DNA of 61,756 nt, filler included, from 5 parts of 5 records of this genome joined end to end with filler, not necessarily neighbours in it, one strand, 5' to 3'. Positions 9,869-20,158 are shown, counted from the whole stretch's first letter. The notes: generated by a model from the letters alone, not told the origin. Numbers and translations: made by a program.

Positions 9869-9960
9869 CATTTAATTTCAACAGCTTGAAAATTTACCTG
9901 GCTGGGATGGCTGGATTCTCAGTGAAATCCGATCGAGCGCCAAGGCATTGAAATAAAATG
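9869..9960 (-). mobile_element. att-like site: tRNA-Gln-like 3' fragment (9899-9918) flanked by inverted arm-type repeats
   Basis: Minus strand GAATCCAGC-CATCCCA-G-CCA; flanks CAAGCTGTTGAAATTAAATG and CAAGGCATTGAAATAAAATG match 16/20. Confidence 0.55.
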
Positions 9961-10454
9961 ATTAAAACGAGCATGAGCCTGCTGTGCTGCAGCTCCGTGC
10001 AACATAAATGCGATGCACGCTTCTTGCAATGGCAAAGAAAGCCGCCCGTATGGACAACAAAGCACAAACCGCCCCTTTCGGAGCTCATCCGAATGCGTCT
10101 TCTCCATGATCGCGTTCGAACCGATCGTCGAAAGTTCCGCGTCTTCACCGAGATTGTCATTCGGCGCGGTACCGCCTCCATATACCTTAAATATTTCCGA
10201 GACTTATCGTGCCAATCGGCGTCGACCCCCTATGCCAATTTTCAGCGCTGAGCCTTTGGGCGAAAATTACCCGAGCATGCCAGATATCTGCGGAGGGCGC
10301 CTTTCGCGGGCCTTTCCTCCATTAACTTTACGATGCCGTGCGAAATGCAAGTCATCGCCGGGTGATCACGATCATGAAGTTTCCGCGTGCCTCCAGAGTC
10401 ACGGTTCAACGCCACGCACCCCATAAAAAATATTTCCGCATAAATACTTTAAAA

Positions 10455-10468
10455 TTGACGCGCGTAAA
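10455..10468 (+). promoter_or_regulatory. LacI-family-like operator overlapping a -35 element
   Basis: TTGACGCGCGTAAA, 12/14 palindrome with a CG-rich centre, 100 bp before the sugar ABC operon. Confidence 0.55.
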
Positions 10469-10569
10469 GATATGTGTTTCTCCTGCTCAAGGAGATCAGG
10501 TTGGGGGGAGCCGCGACCTGAACCCGATGACATCAAATCGGCTCTGAAAAACTGTTCCGGGAGGATCAC

Positions 10570-11460
10570 ATGTTTCGTCGTGGTATTTTGAAATCCGTAC
10601 TCGCACTCGGCCTGCTGTCTGCAGCCGCAGCGCCCGCTTTTGCCGATGGTATCGGCGCATCGCTTCTGACCCAGCAGCATCCCTTCTACATCGAACTGGC
10701 CCAAGCGATGACGGAAGAGGCAAAAGCCAAGAACGTGCCGCTTGAAGTCTCCATCGCCAATCAGGACCTGTCCAAGCAGTTGGCTGATATCGAAGACTTT
10801 ATCGTCAAGGGCGTCGACGTCATTGTCATTTCGCCGGTCGACAGCAAGGGTGCCTTGGCTGCGATCATGAAAGCCAGGCAAGCCGGTATCAAGGTCATCA
10901 CAGTCGACATTCCGGTCGAAGGCGCAGAAGTCACCTCCTATATCGGCACCGACAACTATACAGGTGGCGTCAAGGCTGGCGAACTGATGGCCAAGGAACT
11001 GGGCGGCAAGGGCAAGGTCGCAATCATCGACTATCCGACGGTCCAGTCGGTCGTAAACCGCATCAACGGCTTCAAGGACGAGATCGCCAAGCATCCCGAC
11101 ATTGAGATCGTTGCGCAGCAGACTGGCATTACCCGCGCGGAAGCCCTGGCCGCCGCTCAGAACATGCTGCAGGCCAATCCCGACATCAACGGTATCTTCG
11201 GCTTCGGCGATGATGCAGCGCTCGCTGCTGGCGTGGCCGTCAAGGCCGCAGGCCTGCAGGACCAGGTCAAGGTCATCGGCTTTGACGGCATGCAGGAAGC
11301 CCGCGATGCGGTCGACAGCAATCCGGTCATGGTCGGCGTGATCCAGCAGTTCCCCGACCAGATGGGCAAGCTTGCGGTCGACACCGCAATCAAGGTCATC
11401 GCCGGCGAGGACGTACCGGCCGAACAGCCGATCGTCCCTGGCGTCTATACCGGCAAGTAA
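10570..11460 (+). CDS. Sugar ABC transporter periplasmic binding protein (RbsB-like)
   Basis: Signal peptide; HPFY, IGTDNYTGG and VIGFDG motifs; GGAGG RBS. Confidence 0.92.
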   Translation: MFRRGILKSVLALGLLSAAAAPAFADGIGASLLTQQHPFYIELAQAMTEEAKAKNVPLEVSIANQDLSKQLADIEDFIVKGVDVIVISPVDSKGALAAIMKARQAGIKVITVDIPVEGAEVTSYIGTDNYTGGVKAGELMAKELGGKGKVAIIDYPTVQSVVNRINGFKDEIAKHPDIEIVAQQTGITRAEALAAAQNMLQANPDINGIFGFGDDAALAAGVAVKAAGLQDQVKVIGFDGMQEARDAVDSNPVMVGVIQQFPDQMGKLAVDTAIKVIAGEDVPAEQPIVPGVYTGK

Positions 11461-11600
11461 AAGCCTCCCAAGGCTGTCCTTCCCCGGATCCGCACGGATC
11501 CGGGGATATCGTAAAGGCACCGCAACACAGGCCCAATAGGTCGTCTTGCGGGCAAATACCCTAAACTCAAGACAATGAGACGGGTACGGGGAGACGCCGC

Positions 11601-13112
11601 ATGACAACGGCTGACGAAGATACCGTTTTGCAGATCCGCGACGTCGGTAAGGTCTTCGGCGTCGTAACCGCTCTGGATAACATGAAGCTCGATGTGCGGC
11701 GTGGACGCGTTCATACGCTGCTCGGCGAGAACGGCGCGGGTAAATCGACCCTGATGAAGATCCTGGCAGGGGTCTATCGACCGACCTCGGGTCATATCCG
11801 GCTCGAAGGTGCTGATTACCAGCCGAAGAACCCGCAGGATGCGGCCGCACTCGGCCTTGCCATCGTCTTTCAGGAGCTCAGCCTCTGCAACAACCTGACG
11901 GTCGCCGAAAACGTTCTCGCGACCCGTGAACCAACGGTTGCCGGCTTCATCAACGACCGTGCTCTCGTTGCCAGGGCACGCGCACTTGTCGCCGATCTCG
12001 GCCTGCCGATCGACGTCACCGACAAGGTCGGTGACCTCTCGATTGCGCAGCGCCAGTTGGTGGAGATCGCCAAGGGGCTGAGCGTCGACGCCAAGGTCGT
12101 GGTTCTCGACGAGCCCACGTCCTCGCTCAGCGACAGCGAGGCCGAACTTCTCTTCGCCATCATCGAGCGGCTGAAGGCGAGCGGCGTCGCCGTCATCTAT
12201 ATCTCGCACCGCATGGAAGAAATCATGCGCCTGTCCGACGACATCACCGTCATTCGCGACGGTTGCTACGTCACCACACGCGAGCGCGACGACGTCACCA
12301 TCGATGAACTCATTGCCCTGATGGTCGGTCGCTCCATGGACCAGATCTATCCGACGCGCGAAGTCGATGCCCCGGCAGACACGATCGCCCCGACCTTCGC
12401 GGTCAAGGGCCTGTCGCGCGAGGGCGATTTCGAGGACATCTCATTCGAGGTTCGCAAGGGCGAGGTCCTGGGCTTCTTCGGTTTGATCGGCTCCGGCCGC
12501 TCCGAGATCATGAACGCGCTCTTCGGCGTCAAGGCCGCAACGGGCACCGTTGAACTCGATGGCAGGCCGCTCTCCATCACCTCGCCGTCCGAGGCGATCG
12601 ATCAGGGCATCGGCTTCGTCACGGAAAATCGCAAGGAACAGGGTCTTGTACTCTCGCAAAGCGTCGCATCGAACGTGACCATGGCCACCATCCGCAGTTT
12701 TGCTTCCAGGTTCGGCATCATGAAGCAGCGGGCGGAAGACGAGGCTGCGCTTAAGGAAATTGATCGCATGTCAATCAAGACGGCAAGCCTCGATACGCCG
12801 GCGGGCAGTCTTTCAGGGGGCAACCAGCAGAAGATCGTGCTGGCCAAATGGCTGTTGACCCAACCCAAGGTTCTCATCCTCGACGAGCCAACCCGCGGCG
12901 TGGATGTCGGCGCCAAGTTCGAAATCTACAAGATCATTCGCCAGTTGGCGGCCGAGGGAGCCGCAATCCTGCTGATCTCTTCCGAACTTCCGGAAGTGCT
13001 TGGCATGAGCGACCGCGTCGTCGTGATGCGCGAGGGCCGCATCTCGGCCACCGCATCAGGCGACCAGCTGACACCCGAAACCATCATGACATTCGCCACG
13101 GGGCAAAAGTGA
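11601..13112 (+). CDS. Sugar ABC transporter ATP-binding protein (RbsA/MglA type, two NBDs)
   Basis: GENGAGKST, LDEPTSSL, LSGGNQQK and LDEPTRGVDVGAK motifs. Confidence 0.95.
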   Translation: MTTADEDTVLQIRDVGKVFGVVTALDNMKLDVRRGRVHTLLGENGAGKSTLMKILAGVYRPTSGHIRLEGADYQPKNPQDAAALGLAIVFQELSLCNNLTVAENVLATREPTVAGFINDRALVARARALVADLGLPIDVTDKVGDLSIAQRQLVEIAKGLSVDAKVVVLDEPTSSLSDSEAELLFAIIERLKASGVAVIYISHRMEEIMRLSDDITVIRDGCYVTTRERDDVTIDELIALMVGRSMDQIYPTREVDAPADTIAPTFAVKGLSREGDFEDISFEVRKGEVLGFFGLIGSGRSEIMNALFGVKAATGTVELDGRPLSITSPSEAIDQGIGFVTENRKEQGLVLSQSVASNVTMATIRSFASRFGIMKQRAEDEAALKEIDRMSIKTASLDTPAGSLSGGNQQKIVLAKWLLTQPKVLILDEPTRGVDVGAKFEIYKIIRQLAAEGAAILLISSELPEVLGMSDRVVVMREGRISATASGDQLTPETIMTFATGQK

Positions 13113-14074
13113 TGACCCAGATCCAATCCAGAAATTCTATGCTCCGCCGGACCTTCAAGCAGTATGGCGGCATTTTCCTGGCGCTCGTTGCGCTTTGCGT
13201 CATCTTCTCGGTGGCCAACCCGCGCTTCATGTCAGTCGCCAACTTTACAAATATTCTCCAGCAGGTCGCCGTGATTGCCATCTGTGCCTTCGGCATGACC
13301 TGGGTGATCCTGCTCGGAGAAATCGACCTGTCCGTCGGCTCCATCATCGCGGTGGCAGGCATGGTCGGCGCGCAATGCTTCGTCTTCGGCATGGGATTTG
13401 TGCCTGCCGTCGTCCTGACGCTTGCCGCCGGGGCGCTCATGGGTCTCTTCAACGGCACATTGATCGCCAAGCTGATGTTGCCCTCTTTCATCGTGACGGT
13501 CGCCACGATGGGTATCTATCGCGGCATGGTCAGCCTGCCGACCAATGGCGCACCGGCCATGATCCTGAATGAAACCTGGACGGCAATCGGGGCCGGCGCC
13601 TTTCTCGGCGTTCCGATCATCATCTGGATCGTCGTCATTCTCTTCCTCTTCAACCATGTCCTGCTCAGCAAGACGACTTTCGGTCGCCGCGCCTATCTGA
13701 TCGGCGGCAACAAGGAGGCGGCCGCCTATTCTGGCATCAAGGTCGACAGCATGAAGATCTCGATCTTCATGCTGTCAGGCATCATGGCAGCCATCAGCGG
13801 CATCCTGTTGTCGTCACGCCTTCTCTCGGCCCAGACCAATGCCGGCATGAGCTACGAGCTCGACGCGATTGCCGCAGCCGTGCTCGGCGGCACCAGCCTT
13901 GCCGGCGGCGTCGGCACCATGATCGGCACCATCATCGGTGCGCTGATCATCGGCGTGATGAACAACGGCATGAACATGCTGTCGGTCCCCTATTTCTACC
14001 AGCTGATCGTCAAGGGGCTCGTCATCCTGATCGCGGTCTGGCTCGACGTCCGCTCCAAGCGCGCGGCGAGCTGA
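13112..14074 (+). CDS. Sugar ABC transporter permease (RbsC-like)
   Basis: IDLSVGS and YELDAIAAAVLGGTSL motifs; TGATG coupling with the ATPase gene. Confidence 0.95.
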   Translation: MTQIQSRNSMLRRTFKQYGGIFLALVALCVIFSVANPRFMSVANFTNILQQVAVIAICAFGMTWVILLGEIDLSVGSIIAVAGMVGAQCFVFGMGFVPAVVLTLAAGALMGLFNGTLIAKLMLPSFIVTVATMGIYRGMVSLPTNGAPAMILNETWTAIGAGAFLGVPIIIWIVVILFLFNHVLLSKTTFGRRAYLIGGNKEAAAYSGIKVDSMKISIFMLSGIMAAISGILLSSRLLSAQTNAGMSYELDAIAAAVLGGTSLAGGVGTMIGTIIGALIIGVMNNGMNMLSVPYFYQLIVKGLVILIAVWLDVRSKRAAS

Positions 14075-14092
14075 GCTCAAGGATCACCTAAC

Positions 14093-15052
14093 ATGACCAA
14101 GGTTTTGACCATTGGCGAGGTTCTCGTTGAAATCGTCGCCACAAAAAAGGGAAACGGCTTTCGTGAGCCGGTTCCGCTGATCGGCCCCTTTCCGTCCGGC
14201 GCACCGGCGATCTTCATCGACCAGGTCGGCAAGCTCGGCGTTTCGTCCGCCATCATCTCGCGGGTGGGTGACGACGATTTCGGTCACGTGAACCTCGACC
14301 GCCTGAGGGCCGACGGCGTCGATATCAGCGGCATGGAGGTCGATCCGCAGGGCACCACCGGTTCGGCCTTCGTGCGCTACCGCGAAGACGGCAGCCGTGC
14401 CTTCGTCTTCAACATCCGCCATAGCGCCTGCGGCACGATCTCGCTGACCTCTGAAAACCGGAAGACGATTGAAACTTGCACCCACCTGCATGTGATGGGT
14501 ACAGCCCTTTATGCGCCAAGCGTCGTCGAGACCGTCATGGCAGCGCTCGACAGCGTCAAGGCGCGAGGTGGCACCGTCTCCTTTGATCCCAATCTCAGAC
14601 CCGAGATCATGAACAGCCCGGGCATGCGCGAAGCCCTGTCGACGGTTCTTGCCCGCACCGACCTCTTTCTGCCGAGCGGTGAAGAACTCTTCCTGTTCAC
14701 GACGGCAAAAGAGGAAAGAGCCGCGATCGATGAGCTGCTCGGAACCGGCATCGAGGCCATCGTCGTCAAGCGCGGCGCGGCCGGTGCGCGCTATTACGAT
14801 GCTGCCCGAAGCCTCACCCATCCCGGCTTTGCGGTTGAAGAACTGGACCCGACAGGCGCCGGCGACAGTTTCGGCGCGGCATTTGTCAGCTTCTGGTTGA
14901 ACGGCTCGGCCCCCGCTGAAGCGCTGACCTATGCGGCTGCCGCAGGCGCGCGCGCCGTCACGAAGATCGGCCCCATGGAAGGCACGTCCAGCCGCGCTGA
15001 ACTTGACGCCCTGATTGAAGGCGCGGGGCCGATCGCCATCGCCGGGCAGTGA
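14093..15052 (+). CDS. PfkB-family sugar kinase, probable tagatose kinase
   Basis: SGAPAIF, FDPNLR and [10 protein letters not shown] motifs; adjacent to a GatZ/KbaZ-like gene. Confidence 0.85.
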   Translation: MTKVLTIGEVLVEIVATKKGNGFREPVPLIGPFPSGAPAIFIDQVGKLGVSSAIISRVGDDDFGHVNLDRLRADGVDISGMEVDPQGTTGSAFVRYREDGSRAFVFNIRHSACGTISLTSENRKTIETCTHLHVMGTALYAPSVVETVMAALDSVKARGGTVSFDPNLRPEIMNSPGMREALSTVLARTDLFLPSGEELFLFTTAKEERAAIDELLGTGIEAIVVKRGAAGARYYDAARSLTHPGFAVEELDPTGAGDSFGAAFVSFWLNGSAPAEALTYAAAAGARAVTKIGPMEGTSSRAELDALIEGAGPIAIAGQ

Positions 15053-15102
15053 TACCCAGGCCCGTAATCCGCGGACCAAAACTCCGGGAGAAAGTAATCG
15101 AC

Positions 15103-15384
15103 ATGACCAGCAACCCCCTCAGCGACATCGCCCAATGGAAATCGAAACCGGGCCCGAACGGTATTCCTTCGATCTGCTCCGCCCATCCGACCGTCATCGA
15201 AGCCTCGATGCGCCACGCGCTGAAGGATGGCGGGTCGCTGCTGGTCGAGGCGACCTGCAACCAGGTCAACCAGGATGGCGGCTATACCGGCATGACGCCG
15301 GCCGATTTCCGCGCGTTTGCCGAAGGTATTGCCGCCCGGGTCGGCTTTCCCGTTGAACGCCTGATCCTTGGCGGCGATCATCTC
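15103..15384 (+). CDS. GatZ/KbaZ-family protein (tagatose-6-phosphate 4-epimerase), 3'-truncated
   Basis: [25 protein letters not shown] and LGGDHL motifs. Confidence 0.9.
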
Positions 15385-15484
15385 NNNNNNNNNNNNNNNN
15401 NNNNNNNNNNNNNNNNNNNNNNNNNNNNTTAATTAATTAANNNNNNNNNNNNNNNNNNNNNNNNNNNNNNNNNNNNNNNNNNNN
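15385..15484. other. Artificial contig linker
   Basis: N44-TTAATTAATTAA-N44, which has stops in all six frames. Confidence 0.98.
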
Positions 15485-15541
15485 TAGAGCACTCCCTTGG
15501 TAAGGGAGAGGCCGACAGTTCAATCCTGTCCGGCAGCACCA
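15485..15541 (+). tRNA. tRNA-Thr(GGT), 5'-truncated
   Basis: TAGAGC D-arm end, CTCCC-TTGGTAA-GGGAG anticodon arm, GACAG-TTCAATC-CTGTC T arm, encoded CCA. Confidence 0.93.
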
Positions 15542-15641
15542 TTTCTCCTTAGATTTCCAAGACTAGCTTGCTGCAAACGCATGAAGACCGCCCGCGCCTA
15601 CTGGCGCGCGAGCGGCTCCCAATGCGTAGTGGCTATGGATT

Positions 15642-16274
15642 TCAGGCGGGCTGAAGCTCGGACTGCCCGAGTGGGCGGCGTTTTCCAAAGGCGTCCAGCG
15701 CCAGGTAGCCGAGGACGGCCATGGCGTTGACCGTCACCAGCAGGGCGCAGAACAGGGCCCAGAGCTGGTTGGCGGGGATGGAATTGTTGAACTGTGGAAT
15801 GGTTGCCAGCGCTACCGGTACATACCAGCAGGTCGCTGACGTTGCGCCGCCGATGAGCATGCGAATGCGCTGACCCTGCTTCAGGCCGTCGAACAGCGAG
15901 CGCGAGACCTGCTTTTGCACAATGGGCAAAACCATCTTGTGCAGATAGACCGCGTTGGCTGTCAGAACGCCGACAATGCTGAGCTTGGCCCATATTTTCG
16001 GGTTGGTCAGCTTCTCGGCATCAAAGCCCCAATAATAGAGCAGGAAGCCAAGACCACTGATCCAGAGCATGACCAGCCCGGCGGTGACGACTTTGGTGCC
16101 AAACTCGAATGCATCGGCGTGCGACTGCCGGATCCTGTCCCGCATCATGAAACGCACGAGCATTAGGTCGAGAAAGGTGGCGGTGCCCAGCCCCAAGGCC
16201 AGACCGATAAAATGAACGACGCGAATGCCACCTTTAAAAAAGGTCGGATCGCCTAGCAATATAGTGATATCCAT
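15642..16274 (-). CDS. Hypothetical polytopic membrane protein
   Basis: About 5 TM segments; AAAGGA RBS before MDITILL. Confidence 0.75.
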   Translation of the reverse strand: MDITILLGDPTFFKGGIRVVHFIGLALGLGTATFLDLMLVRFMMRDRIRQSHADAFEFGTKVVTAGLVMLWISGLGFLLYYWGFDAEKLTNPKIWAKLSIVGVLTANAVYLHKMVLPIVQKQVSRSLFDGLKQGQRIRMLIGGATSATCWYVPVALATIPQFNNSIPANQLWALFCALLVTVNAMAVLGYLALDAFGKRRPLGQSELQPA

Positions 16275-16599
16275 GACGGTTCCTTTGCACAAATTTCATC
16301 ATTGCCGCTAAATCTCCAAGCAGCATCGCTAAACTGTGAGAATTTATTTGAAACTGGACCCGTACAAACTACTTTTACACTTGGGTCGAGGAGATGGAGA
16401 TTTTGATCACGCCAATGTGTATAAGTATCTTCAGGATATGGGCCAATTTGTGAACCGATCCGCGAGAGGGCGGATTTGGGCGGGATCCAGCGCCTTGGGC
16501 GAGACTAAGTCGCTCACAGGACCAAAAGAATATTTTGGACAAGTCGTGAATATTTTTGTCACTGGATGAGCAAATGCGCCGCCAGATGCGTCAATCGTG

Positions 16600-16621
16600 G
16601 CAAAATCTTGCAGGATTTTGC
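16600..16621. promoter_or_regulatory. Palindromic operator candidate
   Basis: GCAAAATCTTGCAGGATTTTGC, 20/22 palindrome upstream of the lactonase gene. Confidence 0.5.
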
Positions 16622-16739
16622 AATCAGATTGCCCCATGCAACAGCCTATGCGGGGCGGCCGTCAGTGACTGGACGGCTCGCAATGGCCTTGTGAGCGGTG
16701 CCCTCTGCCGCTAAGCCCTTTCACTGCGAGGAGGACACC

Positions 16740-17660
16740 ATGACCACAGAACAGCTTTACGACATCATTGATCCGCGATTTGCGCGCAAGATCGTGGGCA
16801 GTGCGCTCTTGGATGAGCTGCATACCGGATGCCGCTGGACCGAGGGGCCGGTGTGGTTTTCGGACCATGATGCGCTTTACTTCTCCGACATCCCCAACCA
16901 GCGGGTGCTGCGCTATCTGGGGCGCGACAATTCGGTCAGCATCTATGCCGAGCCGTCGCACTATGCCAATGGCCATACCCGAGACCTCGAGGGCCGGCTG
17001 ATCTCCTGCGAGCATGGGCCGCGGCGGGTGACGCGCACTGAGATCGACGGCACGACTACAGTGCTGGCCGACAGTTTTGAGGGCAAAAGGCTGAATTCCC
17101 CCAATGACGTGGTGGTGAAGTCGGATGGCTCGATCTGGTTCACCGATCCCACCTACGGCATCCTCTCGGACTATGAGGGCTATCAGTCCGCGCCCGAGCA
17201 GCCGGTGCATGGTGTCTATCGGATCGACGGACAGAGCGGTGCCATCAGGCTGATGGTCGGCGATTTCGTGCAACCCAACGGCTTGGCTTTTTCACCTGAT
17301 GAGAGCCGGCTCTATATCGCCGATTCCGGCGCGAGCCATGACCCCGATGTGCCGCGCCATATTCGCGTTTTTGCAGTGGAAGATGGCGGCTTGACGTTGC
17401 GGGACCTGGGACCATTTGCGGTGATCGACAATGGCATTCCCGATGGTTTCCGAGTGGATACGGAAGGCTGGGTGTGGTGTTCGGCTGCGGATGGCGTGCA
17501 GGTGTTCGACGACACGGGCAAGCTTTGCGGCAAGATCCGCGTGCCGCAGCGCGTCTCGAACCTGACCTTTGGCGGACCGAGGCGGAACCGGCTTTTCATC
17601 ACCGCCACCACCTCGCTCTATGCGCTCTATGTCACCGCACGGGGTGCTCAGACCCCTTGA
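16740..17660 (+). CDS. SMP-30/gluconolactonase/LRE family protein
   Basis: WTEGPVW, LNSPNDVV, FTDPTYG, PNGLAFSPDE and PDG motifs; GAGGAGG RBS. Confidence 0.93.
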   Translation: MTTEQLYDIIDPRFARKIVGSALLDELHTGCRWTEGPVWFSDHDALYFSDIPNQRVLRYLGRDNSVSIYAEPSHYANGHTRDLEGRLISCEHGPRRVTRTEIDGTTTVLADSFEGKRLNSPNDVVVKSDGSIWFTDPTYGILSDYEGYQSAPEQPVHGVYRIDGQSGAIRLMVGDFVQPNGLAFSPDESRLYIADSGASHDPDVPRHIRVFAVEDGGLTLRDLGPFAVIDNGIPDGFRVDTEGWVWCSAADGVQVFDDTGKLCGKIRVPQRVSNLTFGGPRRNRLFITATTSLYALYVTARGAQTP

Positions 17661-18132
17661 TCCGCTGGCCGAAAAGGCCGCCCAGCAGGCGATCGGCTGA
17701 GACCATGCCGCCGCCATAGACCAGCAGTGCCAGGGCCATGGCGAACCAGGGCAGGTGGAAATTGATCAGGCCATCGGGCACGGTGAGCTGGATGATGACA
17801 GTCATGCCCAGAATGCCGAGCGCGGCAAAGCGCGTTCCCAAACCCAAAACCAGCAGGATGGGCAGGATAATTTCGCCCAGACCGGCCAGGAATGCCATGG
17901 TCAACGGCGCGGGATAGGCGAAGGCCTGCCCGAAAATGTGCAGCTTGAACTCCTGCTCGAAGAGATAGCGGGCGCCGGTCGAGAGATTGAGAAAGCCGTC
18001 CCACTTGGTTAGGCCCGAACGCCAGAACGGAACGGCCAGCGCGACGCGCAGAGCCAGGAGCGGGAGAGCGGCGGGGACTGCGGCCAGCCCTATATCGAGC
18101 CGGCTCCAGAGGGCAATGGCGCGATCAAACAT
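17632..18132 (-). CDS. DoxX family membrane protein (BufD-like)
   Basis: LRVALAVPFWRSGLTKW and EIILPILLVLGLGTRFAA motifs; last gene of the DUF692 operon. Confidence 0.88.
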   Translation of the reverse strand: MFDRAIALWSRLDIGLAAVPAALPLLALRVALAVPFWRSGLTKWDGFLNLSTGARYLFEQEFKLHIFGQAFAYPAPLTMAFLAGLGEIILPILLVLGLGTRFAALGILGMTVIIQLTVPDGLINFHLPWFAMALALLVYGGGMVSADRLLGGLFGQRIKGSEHPVR

Positions 18133-18889
18133 TGGCGTGCTCCTTGGTCAGGGCGGCAAAGGCGCCCAGTCCGGCCAGCCCCACCAGAGCAGTGCCGGGA
18201 TCAAAATCAGGAAAATCGGTCAGGGCGGCTTCGGCGGCCTGGCCCAGAGTCTGGCCCTGCCCTATCGCCTTGAGGAATGCGAAGGCGGCGGGTGGAATTA
18301 TGGTCAGGCGAACGTCGGCCCCTGGCCGCGTGAGCAGCACGCATTCGCTGCCCGATAGTGCCGGAATGCTGACCGGCGTCGTCTGGTGGGCCGACCAGAG
18401 CGAGCCCACCGGGAAGCTGGAACGCAGCAGGCGCGTGGACGGCGCCAGCGTCAGATCGAGCGAGGCCAGCGCATTACCGGCAATCGTGCTCAGATCGGCC
18501 GGGGCAAGGGCATCGGCATCGGCCGCGTTGTAGGCGTCGGTCCAGGCCGCTTCGAGCCGGGCCAGGTCGGGCAGATAGGGCAGTCCCGAAGTGGGCGGAA
18601 ACTGCGCCACGAAATCGGGGAAGCTGTCGCCATAGTGGAGCAGGACAGGCCCCTTGGGCTTGGCCTGCCCGACATAGAGCCGCCCCATGCCGGTGAAGAA
18701 CTCTTCCCCGACTAGTTGGCGGGTCACGGGGAAGCGGGCCGCAAGGGCACCAACAAGGCTGACATGCACATTGTTGCGATAGACCGCAAAGCGTTTGCTG
18801 TCCGCTGTGCCACGCGGCGAAACCAGTCCGGCCGGCACCGGCTGGGCGGGATCGGTCAAGGCCCGGGTGAACTGGCTCTGACTGGTCAC
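18125..18889 (-). CDS. DUF2063/BufC-HvfC family MNIO partner protein
   Basis: RFAVYRNN...FP...LVG..FF and YLPDLARLE motifs; overlaps the DUF692 stop codon. Confidence 0.88.
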   Translation of the reverse strand: MTSQSQFTRALTDPAQPVPAGLVSPRGTADSKRFAVYRNNVHVSLVGALAARFPVTRQLVGEEFFTGMGRLYVGQAKPKGPVLLHYGDSFPDFVAQFPPTSGLPYLPDLARLEAAWTDAYNAADADALAPADLSTIAGNALASLDLTLAPSTRLLRSSFPVGSLWSAHQTTPVSIPALSGSECVLLTRPGADVRLTIIPPAAFAFLKAIGQGQTLGQAAEAALTDFPDFDPGTALVGLAGLGAFAALTKEHANV

Positions 18890-19743
18890 GATGCCAATCT
18901 CCGGTTGAGCGTGCCATCGAGCACCTCATCCACCAGGCGAACCTCGTCCATCAACACATCGAAGGCGGGTACGTTGTTGTCCCATTCGATCAGGGTCGGC
19001 AATGCACCCGTGCGGATGATGGTGTGGCGGTAGAGCTCGAACACGTCGGGGCGCACCCGGCTGCCATGCGCATCGATCAGCAGGCGTTCGCCGGCGTCAT
19101 CGGTGGTTTCATCATAACCAGCAAGGTGAATTTCACCCACATGGTGCACCGGAAAGCGGTCAATATAGGCCACCGGATCGAGGCGGTGATTGACTGCCGA
19201 GACCATGACATTGTTGACGTCGAGCAACAGGCCGCAGCCGGTGCGCTCAGCGATGGCGGCGAGAAAATCGACCTCGTCGATGGTGCTTTCTTCGAACAGG
19301 ACATAGGTCGAGGGGTTTTCGAGCAACATGCGGCGGCCAAGGGCCTGCTGCACCTCCTCAACATGGGCCACGACGCGATCCAGCGTCTGGGGCGTATAGG
19401 GCACGGGCAGCAGGTCGTTCAGATACCCTTCGTCATGGCTGGACCAGGCCAGATGCTCGGAAAAAGAAGCGGGCTGGTAGCGTTCAACCAGAGTGCGCAA
19501 GCGCTTGAGATGGTCGCGATCAAGCGGCGCATCGCCGCCAATGGACAGGCCGACGCCATGCAGCGAGAGCGCATAATGCGCGCAGATAGCGCTGAGATAA
19601 CGATGGGGTGGGCCACCCTCGCCCATATAGTTCTCGGCATGCACTTCGAAAAAGCCGAGATCGGGATTTTCAGCAATGATCTGGGCATAGTGCTGCGGCT
19701 TCAGGCCCAGGCCGGGGCGTGCTGGCAAAGTGTCAAAGGGCAT
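18886..19743 (-). CDS. DUF692 multinuclear non-heme iron oxidative enzyme (MNIO, BufB-like)
   Basis: [47 protein letters not shown] and EWD motifs. Confidence 0.95.
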   Translation of the reverse strand: MPFDTLPARPGLGLKPQHYAQIIAENPDLGFFEVHAENYMGEGGPPHRYLSAICAHYALSLHGVGLSIGGDAPLDRDHLKRLRTLVERYQPASFSEHLAWSSHDEGYLNDLLPVPYTPQTLDRVVAHVEEVQQALGRRMLLENPSTYVLFEESTIDEVDFLAAIAERTGCGLLLDVNNVMVSAVNHRLDPVAYIDRFPVHHVGEIHLAGYDETTDDAGERLLIDAHGSRVRPDVFELYRHTIIRTGALPTLIEWDNNVPAFDVLMDEVRLVDEVLDGTLNRRLAS

Positions 19744-19760
19744 GGATGCCTCCCTTTAAT

Positions 19761-19788
19761 AAAAGGCGGGAGGCTCGTGAGCCTCCCG
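19761..19788 (-). terminator. Hairpin with U-tract between the precursor and MNIO genes
   Basis: Perfect inverted repeat CGGGAGGCTC-N2-GAGCCTCCCG followed by CCTTTT on the minus strand. Confidence 0.65.
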
Positions 19789-19802
19789 GGGGTTGGCTCC
19801 GA

Positions 19803-20111
19803 TCAGCTTGCCATGGGGAGATCACGGTCGATCGGCTCGAGCGAGCCCATGCGATCTCCCTCGATCATCATGGTTTCGCAGGTGCCGGCAGGCACGGCCT
19901 TCCAGGCATTGCCCTGGTAGTCGATGGTGGATGTGCCGGCGCAGGTGGTGCCGGGACCGGCAGCGCAGTCATTGGCGCCGGCAAGGGCGACGCCGTAGCA
20001 CTTTTCGGTAGCGGCCATGGCGTCGCCGCCCATGGCATCCTGGGCAATGGCGGTGCCACCAAGGGCAGCGGTCAGCGAGGCGGCAAGGGCAAAGGTAGAC
20101 AGGCGGTTCAT
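19803..20111 (-). CDS. DUF2282 bufferin precursor (BufA1-like)
   Basis: Signal peptide; EKCYGV..AG.NDC...TCAG...W..VP.GTC four-Cys pattern; GAGGAG RBS. Confidence 0.92.
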   Translation of the reverse strand: MNRLSTFALAASLTAALGGTAIAQDAMGGDAMAATEKCYGVALAGANDCAAGPGTTCAGTSTIDYQGNAWKAVPAGTCETMMIEGDRMGSLEPIDRDLPMAS

Positions 20112-20158
20112 GGGTTTCTCCTCTGATGGGGAACCGTTGGGGTTCCAACACAGGGACA

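Noticed and set aside
9961-10430. Short ORFs between the att-like site and the sugar operon
   Set aside because: They lack an RBS, recognisable motifs and consistent codon bias; probably non-coding or decayed DNA
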